Positions 18,870 through 27,741 of a DNA stretch of 64,000 nt are shown in pieces (within the stretch, counting starts at the first letter, position 1; the number at the start of each line of letters is the position of its first letter). Made by a program: the position numbers and the translations under genes. The DNA comes from an uncultured delta proteobacterium (GTDB taxonomy: Bacteria; Desulfobacterota; WTBG01; CAIYCZ01): contig CAWDOY010000047.1 of assembly GCA_963803975.1 (NCBI GenBank), positions 96,001 to 160,000 on the forward strand. The letters are read 5' to 3'. The notes under the pieces were generated by a model. It saw nothing but the letters and a program-made list of their open reading frames with translations. It was not told where the DNA came from and did not search any database.

Positions 18870-19640
18870 TTAATTTCTCAATACGAAAATCAATCGCGGT
18901 GTAACACTCACCGGCCCGTGTATGGTTGACTCTCCGTTCAGGTCTATATCTTCAAGTTTGTAGTAGGAGGTTTTTCTGTTCTCAACATCTCTATCAACAT
19001 ACTCATAAGATGCCCCTTGGGTGGATGAGCCCTGAGCAGGGATAAGCGAAGCGTTTATCTTGATGAAATCTCCATCCTTTGTTTCAGAACGGTAGAGATT
19101 AAAGCCAGCATTATCGGTTTCTGCTTCGGTGTTCCATTGCACAATAACTTTTCCAGATTTAGGTGTAGCAGTAAAAGAAGACAAATTAATGAGTGTTGCT
19201 GGTGTAGTTGTTGTGGTGGTGGTCTGCTGAATGGTGGTGGTGATGTTGTTACCACATATTACATCCCAGGTGCCAAGTCTTGTCGAGCACCTATCAGGAT
19301 TGAAGACATCAGGACAAACTTTATAATCCCAAGAGCCGTCTATACAAACGCTATAACCTGAACCACTCCGGTGACAACCAATACTGGAGATTTGACATTG
19401 GTCAGAAGTATTCCAATAAAAATTACAATTACAAAGGTCTAACTCACACTGCCATTGCAGGTCATTAAACAAAACCATAGATAATTCTTGTGCTGCTTGC
19501 GGGGTTCTTGATGTTTCATTTGTTGGCACTGAACCACTCAAATCACCTGTCCATACAATATTACATCCTGCTGATGCCTGCGCAATGTTAAAAACAAAGA
19601 GTCCGAAAACAATTAAAAATATAACAATAATCTTTTTCAT
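18870..19640 (-). CDS. Exported Cys-rich protein with Thr linker and shared C-terminal domain (intact copy)
   Basis: MKKIIVIFLIVFGLFVFNIAQASA|GCNIVWTGD...WDVICG-TTT-TLINLSSFTATPKSGKVIVQWNTEAETDNAGFNLYRS...YYKLEDIDLNGESTIHGPVSVTPRLIFVLRN*. Confidence 0.85.
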   Translation of the reverse strand: MKKIIVIFLIVFGLFVFNIAQASAGCNIVWTGDLSGSVPTNETSRTPQAAQELSMVLFNDLQWQCELDLCNCNFYWNTSDQCQISSIGCHRSGSGYSVCIDGSWDYKVCPDVFNPDRCSTRLGTWDVICGNNITTTIQQTTTTTTTPATLINLSSFTATPKSGKVIVQWNTEAETDNAGFNLYRSETKDGDFIKINASLIPAQGSSTQGASYEYVDRDVENRKTSYYKLEDIDLNGESTIHGPVSVTPRLIFVLRN

Positions 19641-19654
19641 AACTGCCCTCTTTC

Positions 19655-20379
19655 TTAATTTCTCAATCCAAATATCAACCCGGGGTTGCACTCACAGGGC
19701 CATGCATAGTTGACACTCCGTTCAGGTCTATGTCTTCAAGTTTATAGTAATAAGTCTTTCTGTTCTGGAATTCGATATCAGTAAACTCATAGATTAGCGC
19801 CTTGGGTGGGGGAGCCTTGTGCAGGGATCAGTGAGTGTTTATCTTGGTGTAGTTACCATCCTCTGATTCAGCGCGATAGATGTTAAAGCCGGCGTTGTCG
19901 GTTTCGGATTCGGTGGACCAAGCGAGAATAACGCTTTTTGACTTTGCATAAGCTTTAAAATCCCGCAGCGTAATCAGCGTGCTTGATTCGCAGGTGCTGT
20001 TGATACATTCATAGTTCCCCGCAGTGCACTGATACCCTTCACAAGTTTGAAGATAGCCCATGTCAATAACGCCAGATGTGCAGGTATTGTCTTTACTGCA
20101 GCAGCCCTGCTGAACTTCCGGCACATAGGTTTTAATAGGTTGCATAACCCCCCTGCAGATGTCGCTACAACACTTTTCCCCCGGATAAAAAGTACCTCCT
20201 GCATAATTTTCACAAAAGGAGGCTTCATTGAGTGGCGGGGTATCTCCACAACGATAACAGCCCATCATTGGCATATAATAATCGCACGCCCCGGTGTCCT
20301 GGGCATTTGATTTGCCGGATGTAACCAATAGAACAGGAAATATGATTGCAAGTAGAGCTATTATTCTGAGTTTTGCCAT
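19655..20379 (-). CDS. Exported Cys-rich protein (unrelated N-domain) with shared C-terminal domain; frameshifts in the C-domain
   Basis: RBS AAGGAGGAGG; signal peptide; 13 Cys; TLITLRDFKA...WSTESETDNAGFNIYRAE...; the tail YKLEDIDLNGVSTMHGPVSATP(R)LIFGLRN* lies in shifted frames. Confidence 0.78.
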
Positions 20380-20456
20380 GTTCCCTCCTCCTTTATAAAG
20401 GCGCTATTCTATCAATAATTCTCACCCTGTTTACCGTCTGACAGAGTTTTAATAAT

Positions 20457-20507
20457 CTATTTCCCTATTCCATAAATAAGCCGAGGCGTTGCTGATACCG
20501 GTCCATG
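20457..20507 (-). pseudogene. Orphan last 16 codons of the shared C-terminal domain
   Basis: Translates HGPVSATPRLIYGIGK*, with no upstream gene body. Confidence 0.75.
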
Positions 20508-20526
20508 CCTCTTAGGGGCTCTTGAT

Positions 20527-20568
20527 CAGTGGCCCGTGACCAGTGACTCGTGGCCAGTGACCCGTGGT
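20527..20568. repeat. Six tandem degenerate heptamers (CAGTGAC/CCGTGAC)
   Basis: cagtggc ccgtgac cagtgac tcgtggc cagtgac ccgtggt; the reverse-complement family occurs at 39424-39455. Confidence 0.7.
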
Positions 20569-20576
20569 TTGTGTTT

Positions 20577-20725
20577 TATTTAAGCCCCTGAGATCAGTCT
20601 TGGTGTTGCTGAGACCGGCCCGTGGAATGTGCCTGCTCCATTGTTATCAATATCTTCCAGCTTGTAGTAATAGGTCTTTCTGTTCTGGACCTTTGTGTCC
20701 GTGAACTCGTATGCCGCACCTGAGT
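20577..20725 (-). pseudogene. Orphan C-terminal half of the shared domain
   Basis: Translates GAAYEFTDTKVQNRKTYYYKLEDIDNNGAGTFHGPVSATPRLISG..., truncated at its 5' end. Confidence 0.8.
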
Positions 20726-20916
20726 GGAGTAACCTTTAGATGATTATCACATCTCAATTTTATACATTCGCACGGGATGGAGATTCAAGTACCGTTGTTC
20801 GACCATAGGGACTTTCCGGCCGCTCTTACTGACTTTTTTCATTTAATGGGCGCAAAATTTTCGCCCCATTATATAATTCCCAATAAAATACGCCAATCAA
20901 TGAGTGTCCCCAGTCT

Positions 20917-21111
20917 ATTGATAGAAACTTGCTTTCGGATAGAGAAAATATAGGCCGGTGGTGGTTGTGTGTCAACAATTTGTTAAAAGATATGGGCAGG
21001 GGTTAACCGAACAAAAATCAACATCTTGTGGTATGCCTTAAAGGCAGGAAAGTGCAGCTTATGTATCAGCAGCGATGAGAAGTTTAGCAGCCTAAATTCA
21101 TTGATGACTTC
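20917..21111 (-). repeat. Promoter-containing direct repeat, copy 1 (TTGACA-N17-TATATT at 20947-20975)
   Basis: Aligns with 22321-22518. Shared blocks are gaagtttagcagc-taaattcattgatgacttc, acatcttgtgg and tgtgtgtcaa. Confidence 0.8.
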
Positions 21112-21232
21112 TTTTGCAAAGCGCCAGTGACAGTTCAAAAAAATCATAGCAGTAGTAGCAACTCGGGCTCCATGATGCAGGGGGGTTCGTTATCAAAACC
21201 GGAAGATAACTCTCATAATTGCCTCAAAATAT

Positions 21233-22248
21233 TTAATCTAATTTTCTTCCGTCAGCCTGTAAGGCTGCAACTGCTTTTTTAATGTCTTCTTCTGCACCAC
21301 CCCTGATTTTAGGTTTTGCATAGCATCGAAGGGAGATATGAACATTTCCCGGATCTTCAATTAAATCTGCTGTAACAATATGCATGGACAGTGCTTTTCC
21401 ATTATATTTTTTTGTCCCAATAAAATATGTATTATAATAGGTTTTTTTATCTTCTTTACATTCAATGTCATTCTGTTTTGCCCAGTCATTTAATAATGAG
21501 GCTGCCTTGTCAAGATTTGCCTTAACACGCAAACGGGTAAAATAGCATCTTTTATCGCTTTGTGTATTTGTCCATGGCCTTATTGATAATTTGTTCTTAT
21601 TTTTATCAGTAAGATTTCCGGGCTGTAATGACTCCCAGAAGCTTCTATATTTTTTTACCTCTTTTTCTTGTAGCGGCGTAAGGGAGAGGATCTTTGTACG
21701 TATGTCATTTGCGAATGCCTCTACCCTTTCAGGAATAAGTGATTCCCACATGTCAAGCCCTGTCCATCCCACTTTATCTGCAGGCATGGTTTTTCCAAGG
21801 ATCCATATCAGCCTTGCATCATTTGAATTGAGATAACGGTTTACCTGGCGCCCGCCAAATGCCCCGAGTGTTATTGGTTTTAATTTGGGGAATTTTTCAA
21901 GTGTATCAAAGAAATAACTTCTCCCGCTCGAAAGATGAGGCGGTTTCCCGGGCATGTATATGATTATGGTTTCATCAATTTCACCGCAGGTAAGAAAGTA
22001 TGCAATTTCCTTTTTTGTAAGTTCATCATGGAACCTTTCAATAAATTTATATGTTGATTTATGCGGTTTTTCCCATCTTGTGTATCCGCCGATTATTACA
22101 TAGTCATAGGGCTCTACAGTTAAAACTTGATTATACATTTTTACATCCACATGATTTTCAAAGCCGATCAGAGCTTTTAACCAGTATGCAACATCAGCTG
22201 CTGAGCCGTATTGGGTTTCATAAGCTATTAGTCCTTTTTTTCTACCAT
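21233..22248 (-). CDS. Flavodoxin-domain (HemG/Flavodoxin_5-like) protein with C-terminal extension; 1-nt A-run frameshift near the start
   Basis: RBS AGGAGG and ATG 22248. Adding one A to the A7 run gives MVEKKGLIAYETQYGSAADVAYWLKALI...YDYVIIGGYTRWEK...IAYFLTC, which matches flavodoxin beta1/FMN-loop patterns. Confidence 0.7.
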
Positions 22249-22320
22249 GTTACTCCTCCTTGTTTTATATCTATGTTGTGGTTATCTAAGGAGTTGCAAG
22301 CAATATAAATGCAGCAAAGA

Positions 22321-22518
22321 ATTGACAGAAATTCGCTTTTGGATGAGGGAAATATAGGCTGGGGAGGATTGTGTGTCAATAAAAAATATGCCGCAAAATA
22401 TGTAAAGGATTATTGCGACAAAAATCTACATCTTGTGGTGGGCATTGAACATTGAAAAGTGTAGACTAGTGTATCAACAGCGATAGAAGTTTAGCAGCTT
22501 AAATTCATTGATGACTTC
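22321..22518 (-). repeat. Promoter-containing direct repeat, copy 2 (TTGACA-N17-TATATT at 22351-22379)
   Basis: Aligns with 20917-21111. Confidence 0.8.
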
Positions 22519-22587
22519 ATCTGGTAATATGCAATTGTCTGCTACGATCAAAATCGTGATTTTTTGTTTATCGTTAAAGCTCCCGAT

Positions 22588-23016
22588 TTATGTCGTCGTC
22601 TCGGCACTGGTAAAGCCGGTAAAAACCACCGGGATGATTTGAGAGTATTCAAAGAGAATTACACCCGTTCCGGCAATAAATGCTGTTGGTTCAAAGGAGG
22701 AACCAACCAGAAGCATAATGATGTCGCCTGTTTTGGTTCCGATTTTAGCATTAAGCGAGATATAGGCGCCTGTAAACAGGCTCAAGACGGTAACGTAAAA
22801 TCCATCACCCTTAAAACTTGAAATAGTAAGACCGCCGGTATCGCTGAATAAAACCGGTGAGCTGAAAACATCCAGTGAGCAGACGAAATAGCAGACGTAC
22901 TCATTGCCGGTAACAACATTCGGGCCAATACTGTTTTCAGCACGGGCGGTGCTTATGAGTAAACCACCTGCGAGAAGCATACAGCACAATGTAATTTTTA
23001 TTATTTTTCTGTTCAC
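22588..23016 (-). CDS. Hypothetical exported beta-rich protein
   Basis: RBS GGAGG and GTG 23016; signal peptide ending TARA|E. Confidence 0.65.
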   Translation of the reverse strand: MNRKIIKITLCCMLLAGGLLISTARAENSIGPNVVTGNEYVCYFVCSLDVFSSPVLFSDTGGLTISSFKGDGFYVTVLSLFTGAYISLNAKIGTKTGDIIMLLVGSSFEPTAFIAGTGVILFEYSQIIPVVFTGFTSAETTT

Positions 23017-23098
23017 ACGTACCTCCTTATTTATTTTGTCTGGTATGTCATTATTTAATATGGTTAAAATCCCTGTTTTAGAAACTGACAGGGTTCCT

Positions 23099-23920
23099 CT
23101 ATTTGACTTCCGGGGGCTGAAGCGGGACTTGGAATGGCTCGGCCAGCGTGAAATCAAGGTTGGTTTGAGACGGAATGCGAACTTCCGGACCTTTGGTCAA
23201 TGCCTGATATGCTAGAGTTCCACCTGCTCCAACGCTCGCACCAATGGCTGCACCCTTGCCTCCGCCGAAAATTCCTCCAATTATTGCACCCGCCCCACCT
23301 CCAAGCACTGTCCTTTTGGCAGTCTGCTCACCGCGAGATGCGCTCTTATGTCGCACACTGCTGCTGTTTAACAGAATGGACTGCCCCTGTACAACCAAAT
23401 GATCCAAAACGACTTCAAGCTCACTTGAACCCTTAATGCTTCCTGAGGATTTAGCATTTACCAGTTTGATATACACATCAGTTCCCTTGGGTATAACGAC
23501 CTGATTACCAACTGTAATAGGAACATAGAGGGAGGAATGAAACAGGGAGCCAACCTGGCTCGACCTGGAATTAATTGAATCGATCATCTTGACCTGTATC
23601 TCTGTCCCTGCAGGGATCGTGATTACAGTTATTACCTTAATTGCGTCATTGACCTTCTTGATCCCGGGAGTGACACCAGCCAGCTCAACAGCCTTCTTGT
23701 GAATAGCATCATTTGATACCTCGCCTGACAAAGTAGCCTCCCCCTTTGACATGGTAACTTGAATCGATGCGGTCTTCAATTGGGGCTCTGAATAAAACTT
23801 TGCCTGGAGGGCCTGCGTCATTTCCTCATCACTCGGGGTCCTGGAACAGGCTGCGCAACCTAATGCCAAAACGACCAGTAGCAACCAATACGCTGAAAGA
23901 TTTTTTAATGTGGTAAGCAT
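23099..23920 (-). CDS. BON-domain lipoprotein with C-terminal beta domain and glycine-zipper segment
   Basis: Lipobox-like LGCAAC; BON pattern GEATLSGEV...GVTPGIKKVNDAI; IPAGTEI...; GGGAGAIIGGIFGGGKGAAIGASVGAG. Confidence 0.8.
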   Translation of the reverse strand: MLTTLKNLSAYWLLLVVLALGCAACSRTPSDEEMTQALQAKFYSEPQLKTASIQVTMSKGEATLSGEVSNDAIHKKAVELAGVTPGIKKVNDAIKVITVITIPAGTEIQVKMIDSINSRSSQVGSLFHSSLYVPITVGNQVVIPKGTDVYIKLVNAKSSGSIKGSSELEVVLDHLVVQGQSILLNSSSVRHKSASRGEQTAKRTVLGGGAGAIIGGIFGGGKGAAIGASVGAGGTLAYQALTKGPEVRIPSQTNLDFTLAEPFQVPLQPPEVK

Positions 23921-24015
23921 TTTTTAATTCCTTTTTTCGTCTTTGCTTCAACCCAGCAAGTTAAAGGACAACAGCGCACTTTAATGACCCTATCTGGCAA
24001 TAAATAAAATGCAGG

Positions 24016-24444
24016 TTACAGATTATACAGTTCCTCATCGTTCAATAATACAAATCCGGCTTTGGAAAGCAATGTCACTGCTTCAGGCATTTCCTCCACA
24101 TCAAAAATCATTACCGCCTGATTTTTATCTTTAATGACAAACCCGTAGGCATCTTCGATATTGATTTCCTTCCGGGCAAATACTTCTGCGATCTTCTGCA
24201 GGCCGCCGGGCTGATCATCCATGAGGACGGCAATGACCTCCCGCAGATACGCAGTGAGCCCTTTTGCCCGCAACGTTTCAGTGGTTTTTACCGGATCGTT
24301 GACGATCAGTTTAATAATGCCAAAACCCTGAGAAGTGGCGATGGTTATGGCCCGCATATTAATATGTGCGTCTTTAAGAATTTTTGTAAGCCGCTCGAGC
24401 CGTCCCGGTTTGTTCTCTGCGAAAATACACACCTGCTGCGCCAT
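24016..24444 (-). CDS. Tandem ACT-domain protein
   Basis: IFAENKPGRL and MDDQPGGL; paralog of 39467-39898 and adjacent to paaK. Confidence 0.88.
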   Translation of the reverse strand: MAQQVCIFAENKPGRLERLTKILKDAHINMRAITIATSQGFGIIKLIVNDPVKTTETLRAKGLTAYLREVIAVLMDDQPGGLQKIAEVFARKEINIEDAYGFVIKDKNQAVMIFDVEEMPEAVTLLSKAGFVLLNDEELYNL

Positions 24445-24526
24445 GGCAAACCTCCCTGTTCCCCGTTAGGCGTTCTTGATCAATTGCCTTCAGTGTACTA
24501 TATTCCCCTGTGAAAAATTATCAAAA

Positions 24527-24614
24527 AGGGTCCAGGGATTCGAGGGTTCATGGGTTCTAGTCTTTTTTAAAACTTTCACTTGGCCACTTGAATCCCAGAC
24601 CACTTGACTCCTTT
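24527..24614. repeat. Palindromic tandem octamer element (AGGGTTCA)n...(CACTTGAA)n
   Basis: Four degenerate octamers, a spacer, then four inverted octamers. Confidence 0.65.
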
Positions 24615-24615
24615 A

Positions 24616-25920
24616 TCATCCCCACTGTTTCCGGTTGTCAAGAACCCGGACCGCCTTACCTTCGCTCTTGGGCAAGGTATCCGGCTCCACCAGCTCCACG
24701 CGGGGCGTCACCAGAAGCTCAGACCTGAGATCGTCAATAATCCGCTTGCGCACGCTCTCAAGATGCTTTAAATCCCCGGTAAACATCTCTGCCCGTATCT
24801 CCGCTTTAACGGTCATAAAATCATTGTCGTCAATGGTGTCAAGAATAATCTGGAAATTGGACCCGACTTCCGGGATGGCCATGAGCGCCTTCTCAATCTG
24901 AATGGGGAACATATTCACGCCTTTCACAATGAGCATGTCATCGGTTCTTCCTTTGATGCGGCTTATGCGGCGATGGGTTCTGCCGCAGGGACAGGGCTCC
25001 GGATAGACAAAAGCCAGATCACGGGTGCGGTAGCGCAATAGCGGCATGCCTTCACGCCGCAGGCTGGTGAATACCAGCTCCCCTTCAACACCATCCGGCA
25101 CCGGCTCAAGCGTGGCAGGATCAATCACCTCCAGGATGTAGCTGTCTTCCCAGGTATGCAGGCCGTTCTGGCACGGGCACTCAAAAGCAACCCCGGGGCC
25201 ATTCATCTCGGAAAGGCCGTAGGAGTTGTATGCCTTGACGCCGTATGCCTGTTCTATCCGCTGCCGTGTCTCTTCGGTATGGGGCTCAGCGCCGATGAAG
25301 GCAATCTTAAGCTTCAGGTCTTTTTGCGGATCTATGCCCATAGTGCGGAACGTCTCAACGAGATGCAGGCCATAGCTGGGGATGATGTGGATAACCGTGG
25401 TATCAAACTCCTGCATGAGCATGATCTGGCGCTTGCTGTTGCCGGCACCGGCAGGAATCACCATGGCGCCAAGCTTTTCCGCTCCGTAGTGAAAGCCCAG
25501 ACCCCCGGTAAACAGGCCGTAGCCCATCATATTCTGGAAAACATCGCCCGGCCGCACCCCGGTCATGTACATGCAGCGGGCAACGAGTCCCGCCCATTCA
25601 TCAATATCACGGGCAGTGTGGAAAATGACGGTCGCCCGCCCGGTTGTTCCCGATGAGGAGTGCATCCTGACTATCTGTTCCCGGGGGACGGCAAGAAACC
25701 CGTAGGGGTAGTGCTCCCTGAGGGTATCCTTGGTGATGAAAGGGATGCGCCGGATATCATCCAGGCCTTTTATTGTATCGGGTGCTATCCCCTCCTGTTG
25801 AAAGAGTGATTGATAGTATGGTGAGTTTCCTGCCTGCTCCACGGTTTTCCGCAGCAGCAAGAGCTGCATCGTTTCAAGCCCGTCTCTGTCGAGCGTTTCA
25901 ATATCCTTATTCCAGTACAT
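24616..25920 (-). CDS. paaK: Phenylacetate-CoA ligase family protein
   Basis: [43 protein letters not shown] and SEGKAVR motifs. Confidence 0.9.
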   Translation of the reverse strand: MYWNKDIETLDRDGLETMQLLLLRKTVEQAGNSPYYQSLFQQEGIAPDTIKGLDDIRRIPFITKDTLREHYPYGFLAVPREQIVRMHSSSGTTGRATVIFHTARDIDEWAGLVARCMYMTGVRPGDVFQNMMGYGLFTGGLGFHYGAEKLGAMVIPAGAGNSKRQIMLMQEFDTTVIHIIPSYGLHLVETFRTMGIDPQKDLKLKIAFIGAEPHTEETRQRIEQAYGVKAYNSYGLSEMNGPGVAFECPCQNGLHTWEDSYILEVIDPATLEPVPDGVEGELVFTSLRREGMPLLRYRTRDLAFVYPEPCPCGRTHRRISRIKGRTDDMLIVKGVNMFPIQIEKALMAIPEVGSNFQIILDTIDDNDFMTVKAEIRAEMFTGDLKHLESVRKRIIDDLRSELLVTPRVELVEPDTLPKSEGKAVRVLDNRKQWG

Positions 25921-26027
25921 TACGCGAGACCTCTCTGTTTTCTGTTCCGCTATAAAACTCCCGGTCATTTCCGGTATTGTTAGACCATTACCGGTTTGTC
26001 GCATGCCCCCGCTGCTTGACCATACGG

Positions 26028-26600
26028 TTACAATTTATTGCGATAGAGAGCGGGGTCAACGGCCCGCACCATTGCCTGAATATCTAAACCACCGTCAAGA
26101 AAGGTGTTTATTTTTTCTGCCAGGAGCTGCGGCGCAGTCACAATATCAGAGTAGTTTACCGGAAGCATTGCAAAGCTCCGGTGGTTATGAATCCAGTGGT
26201 TGAATTTATTGAGCTGGCCTTTAAAAAGCTCGGCCAGCTTGTCATCACTCAGGTTTGCGCCTGTTTTCCCTGATCTCTGCAGCATTCTTTTTTGTGACGC
26301 AAGAACTTCGTAGATGTTTCGCTCCATGAAAATGACCCGGTATTCATATTCCAGCGGCAGGTCATATAACAGGCTGTAAATCACTTTTACCACCTTGCCC
26401 CGAGCTGTCGGCACCCATGAGGGATCGTCCCGGGTTTTTTTGACCGGCTCAAATTCGTAATATCCTTTCGGGTTATCCTCGTCCCGGGTGCGCTGGTGAT
26501 CGGTGAGCACGGGGATGCCGCCCGCTTCAATCATCTGCATCATCATTGATGTGCCGGAGCGGGGAAGGCCTGATACAATCGTAACAAACGATAGATTCAT
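26028..26600 (-). CDS. PAPS-dependent sulfotransferase-family protein
   Basis: VSGLPRSGTSMMM 5'-PSB loop; NPKGYYE; VIFMERN...SQ. Confidence 0.85.
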   Translation of the reverse strand: MNLSFVTIVSGLPRSGTSMMMQMIEAGGIPVLTDHQRTRDEDNPKGYYEFEPVKKTRDDPSWVPTARGKVVKVIYSLLYDLPLEYEYRVIFMERNIYEVLASQKRMLQRSGKTGANLSDDKLAELFKGQLNKFNHWIHNHRSFAMLPVNYSDIVTAPQLLAEKINTFLDGGLDIQAMVRAVDPALYRNKL

Positions 26601-26687
26601 CGAAGGTTATCCTTTACTGGTTGTTTGTTTTCCTGTAGCTCCCGCGAGACTGCCAGGGGGCGTTAAACGAAAGAATTGCTGCCGCCC

Positions 26688-27536
26688 TCAGGCAGAGAGC
26701 CTGCCTTTTATAAAAGGGCTGGTAAGCAGCGCGGAGATCATTGATATGATACAGAACCATACCAGCCACCAGTCTGTTCCACAGATAAATGAATGCCGCG
26801 CCGGATAGGCAATGCTGATTGAAGCAACCGGACCCGCAGCGCTCAGCGGCTGCTCAAGGGGATGCATAATAACATCTGCCGCGTCTGTGCCCGGGCGTTT
26901 GGCGCTGACGCGCATGAAACCTGTGCCTATTGCCAGCTGCTTTACAATCTGCTGATCGCCCACCTGAAATTTGAGCAGATGGGTTCCGTCCTGTACCGGC
27001 TGAATCGTCCAGCAGATCTCTTTCCGGCTTGCAATGCGCATGGGGCCGGCAACTATTCGCGCGCCGGGACGGGCATCAAGGGTTACGGCCGGCCAGTGTT
27101 CAGAAGCATTGTTCAGTTTCAGATTCACGACTACCGGCGCATCTCCCAACTGCAGGGGACGGGCCTGATACCACAGGCCCATCTGGGCAAGAATGAGGCT
27201 CAAGGGTATACTCATAATCAGCACCGGTATGAGTGAATATACGAACAGTTTAACGGAGCACAGCATCAGCCGTGCCTCGGACTTCATGGTAACCGCTATA
27301 TTGTCCCGATAGAGGCGAACCGCCAGCAGACTGGCTTTGATATCATCAATGGTGCGGGTTAAAGCGCGCTGGTTTGAAGTGTACTTAAATATAATAAATA
27401 ACGGGATCCCGAGAACTGCCGAAATAATCGTGATTGAAAGCCAGCCCGGAACCATGGCAATCGGGGCCAATACCAGGCCGCAGACAGTGTTTGCTGCCGA
27501 GTTCACTATGAAAAGAAAATAAATCAATCCGCTCAT
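26688..27536 (-). CDS. Hypothetical membrane protein
   Basis: 3-4 hydrophobic segments and a soluble beta region; stop/start overlap with the upstream gene. Confidence 0.75.
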   Translation of the reverse strand: MSGLIYFLFIVNSAANTVCGLVLAPIAMVPGWLSITIISAVLGIPLFIIFKYTSNQRALTRTIDDIKASLLAVRLYRDNIAVTMKSEARLMLCSVKLFVYSLIPVLIMSIPLSLILAQMGLWYQARPLQLGDAPVVVNLKLNNASEHWPAVTLDARPGARIVAGPMRIASRKEICWTIQPVQDGTHLLKFQVGDQQIVKQLAIGTGFMRVSAKRPGTDAADVIMHPLEQPLSAAGPVASISIAYPARHSFICGTDWWLVWFCIISMISALLTSPFIKGRLSA

Positions 27537-27724
27537 TACTCAATATAGCCCAAACCGCGCAGCTGTTCTGATACTGCCTTATCATCATCAGGTGACGCCT
27601 CAAGCAGGGCCAGCTCTTTTTCAATAACAGAGGATACAAACTCTTCAAAACTGCTGTACCCCGCAGCTTCCGCAGCCTTTTTTGCCCGCTCATACAGCTT
27701 GCTGTCAATTTTTACTTTGGTCAT
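27536..27724 (-). CDS. Small ribbon-helix-helix-like protein
   Basis: KVKIDSKLYERAKKAAEAAGYSSFEEFV pattern; C-terminal EQLRGLGYIE; RBS GGGAG. Confidence 0.7.
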   Translation of the reverse strand: MTKVKIDSKLYERAKKAAEAAGYSSFEEFVSSVIEKELALLEASPDDDKAVSEQLRGLGYIE

Positions 27725-27741
27725 GGCTCGCTCCCTGGCAA

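Larger units (their letters stand above)
16512..23950. mobile_element. AT-rich accessory region/genomic islet at the tRNA-Pro 3' end (no integrase seen)
   Basis: Visibly lower GC than the flanking metabolic genes. Contains only exported or hypothetical genes, gene fragments and a duplicated 195-bp module. Right boundary is uncertain. Confidence 0.4.

Noticed and set aside
16684..20379. High indel density in the array as evidence of phase variation or pseudogenisation
   Set aside because: Cannot be separated from polishing failure in multicopy sequence without the reads.
16684..20725. Integron cassette array or diversity-generating retroelement
   Set aside because: Intergenic gaps are only 14-16 bp with no attC palindromes. 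No integrase, reverse transcriptase or near-identical TR/VR pair is present in the window.
20735..20915. Possible RAYT/Y1 transposase relic (minus strand RYLNLHPVR; GAGTGTCCCC near 20902)
   Set aside because: Only a loose 9-aa resemblance to YIxxNPV, with no HUH motif or ORF.
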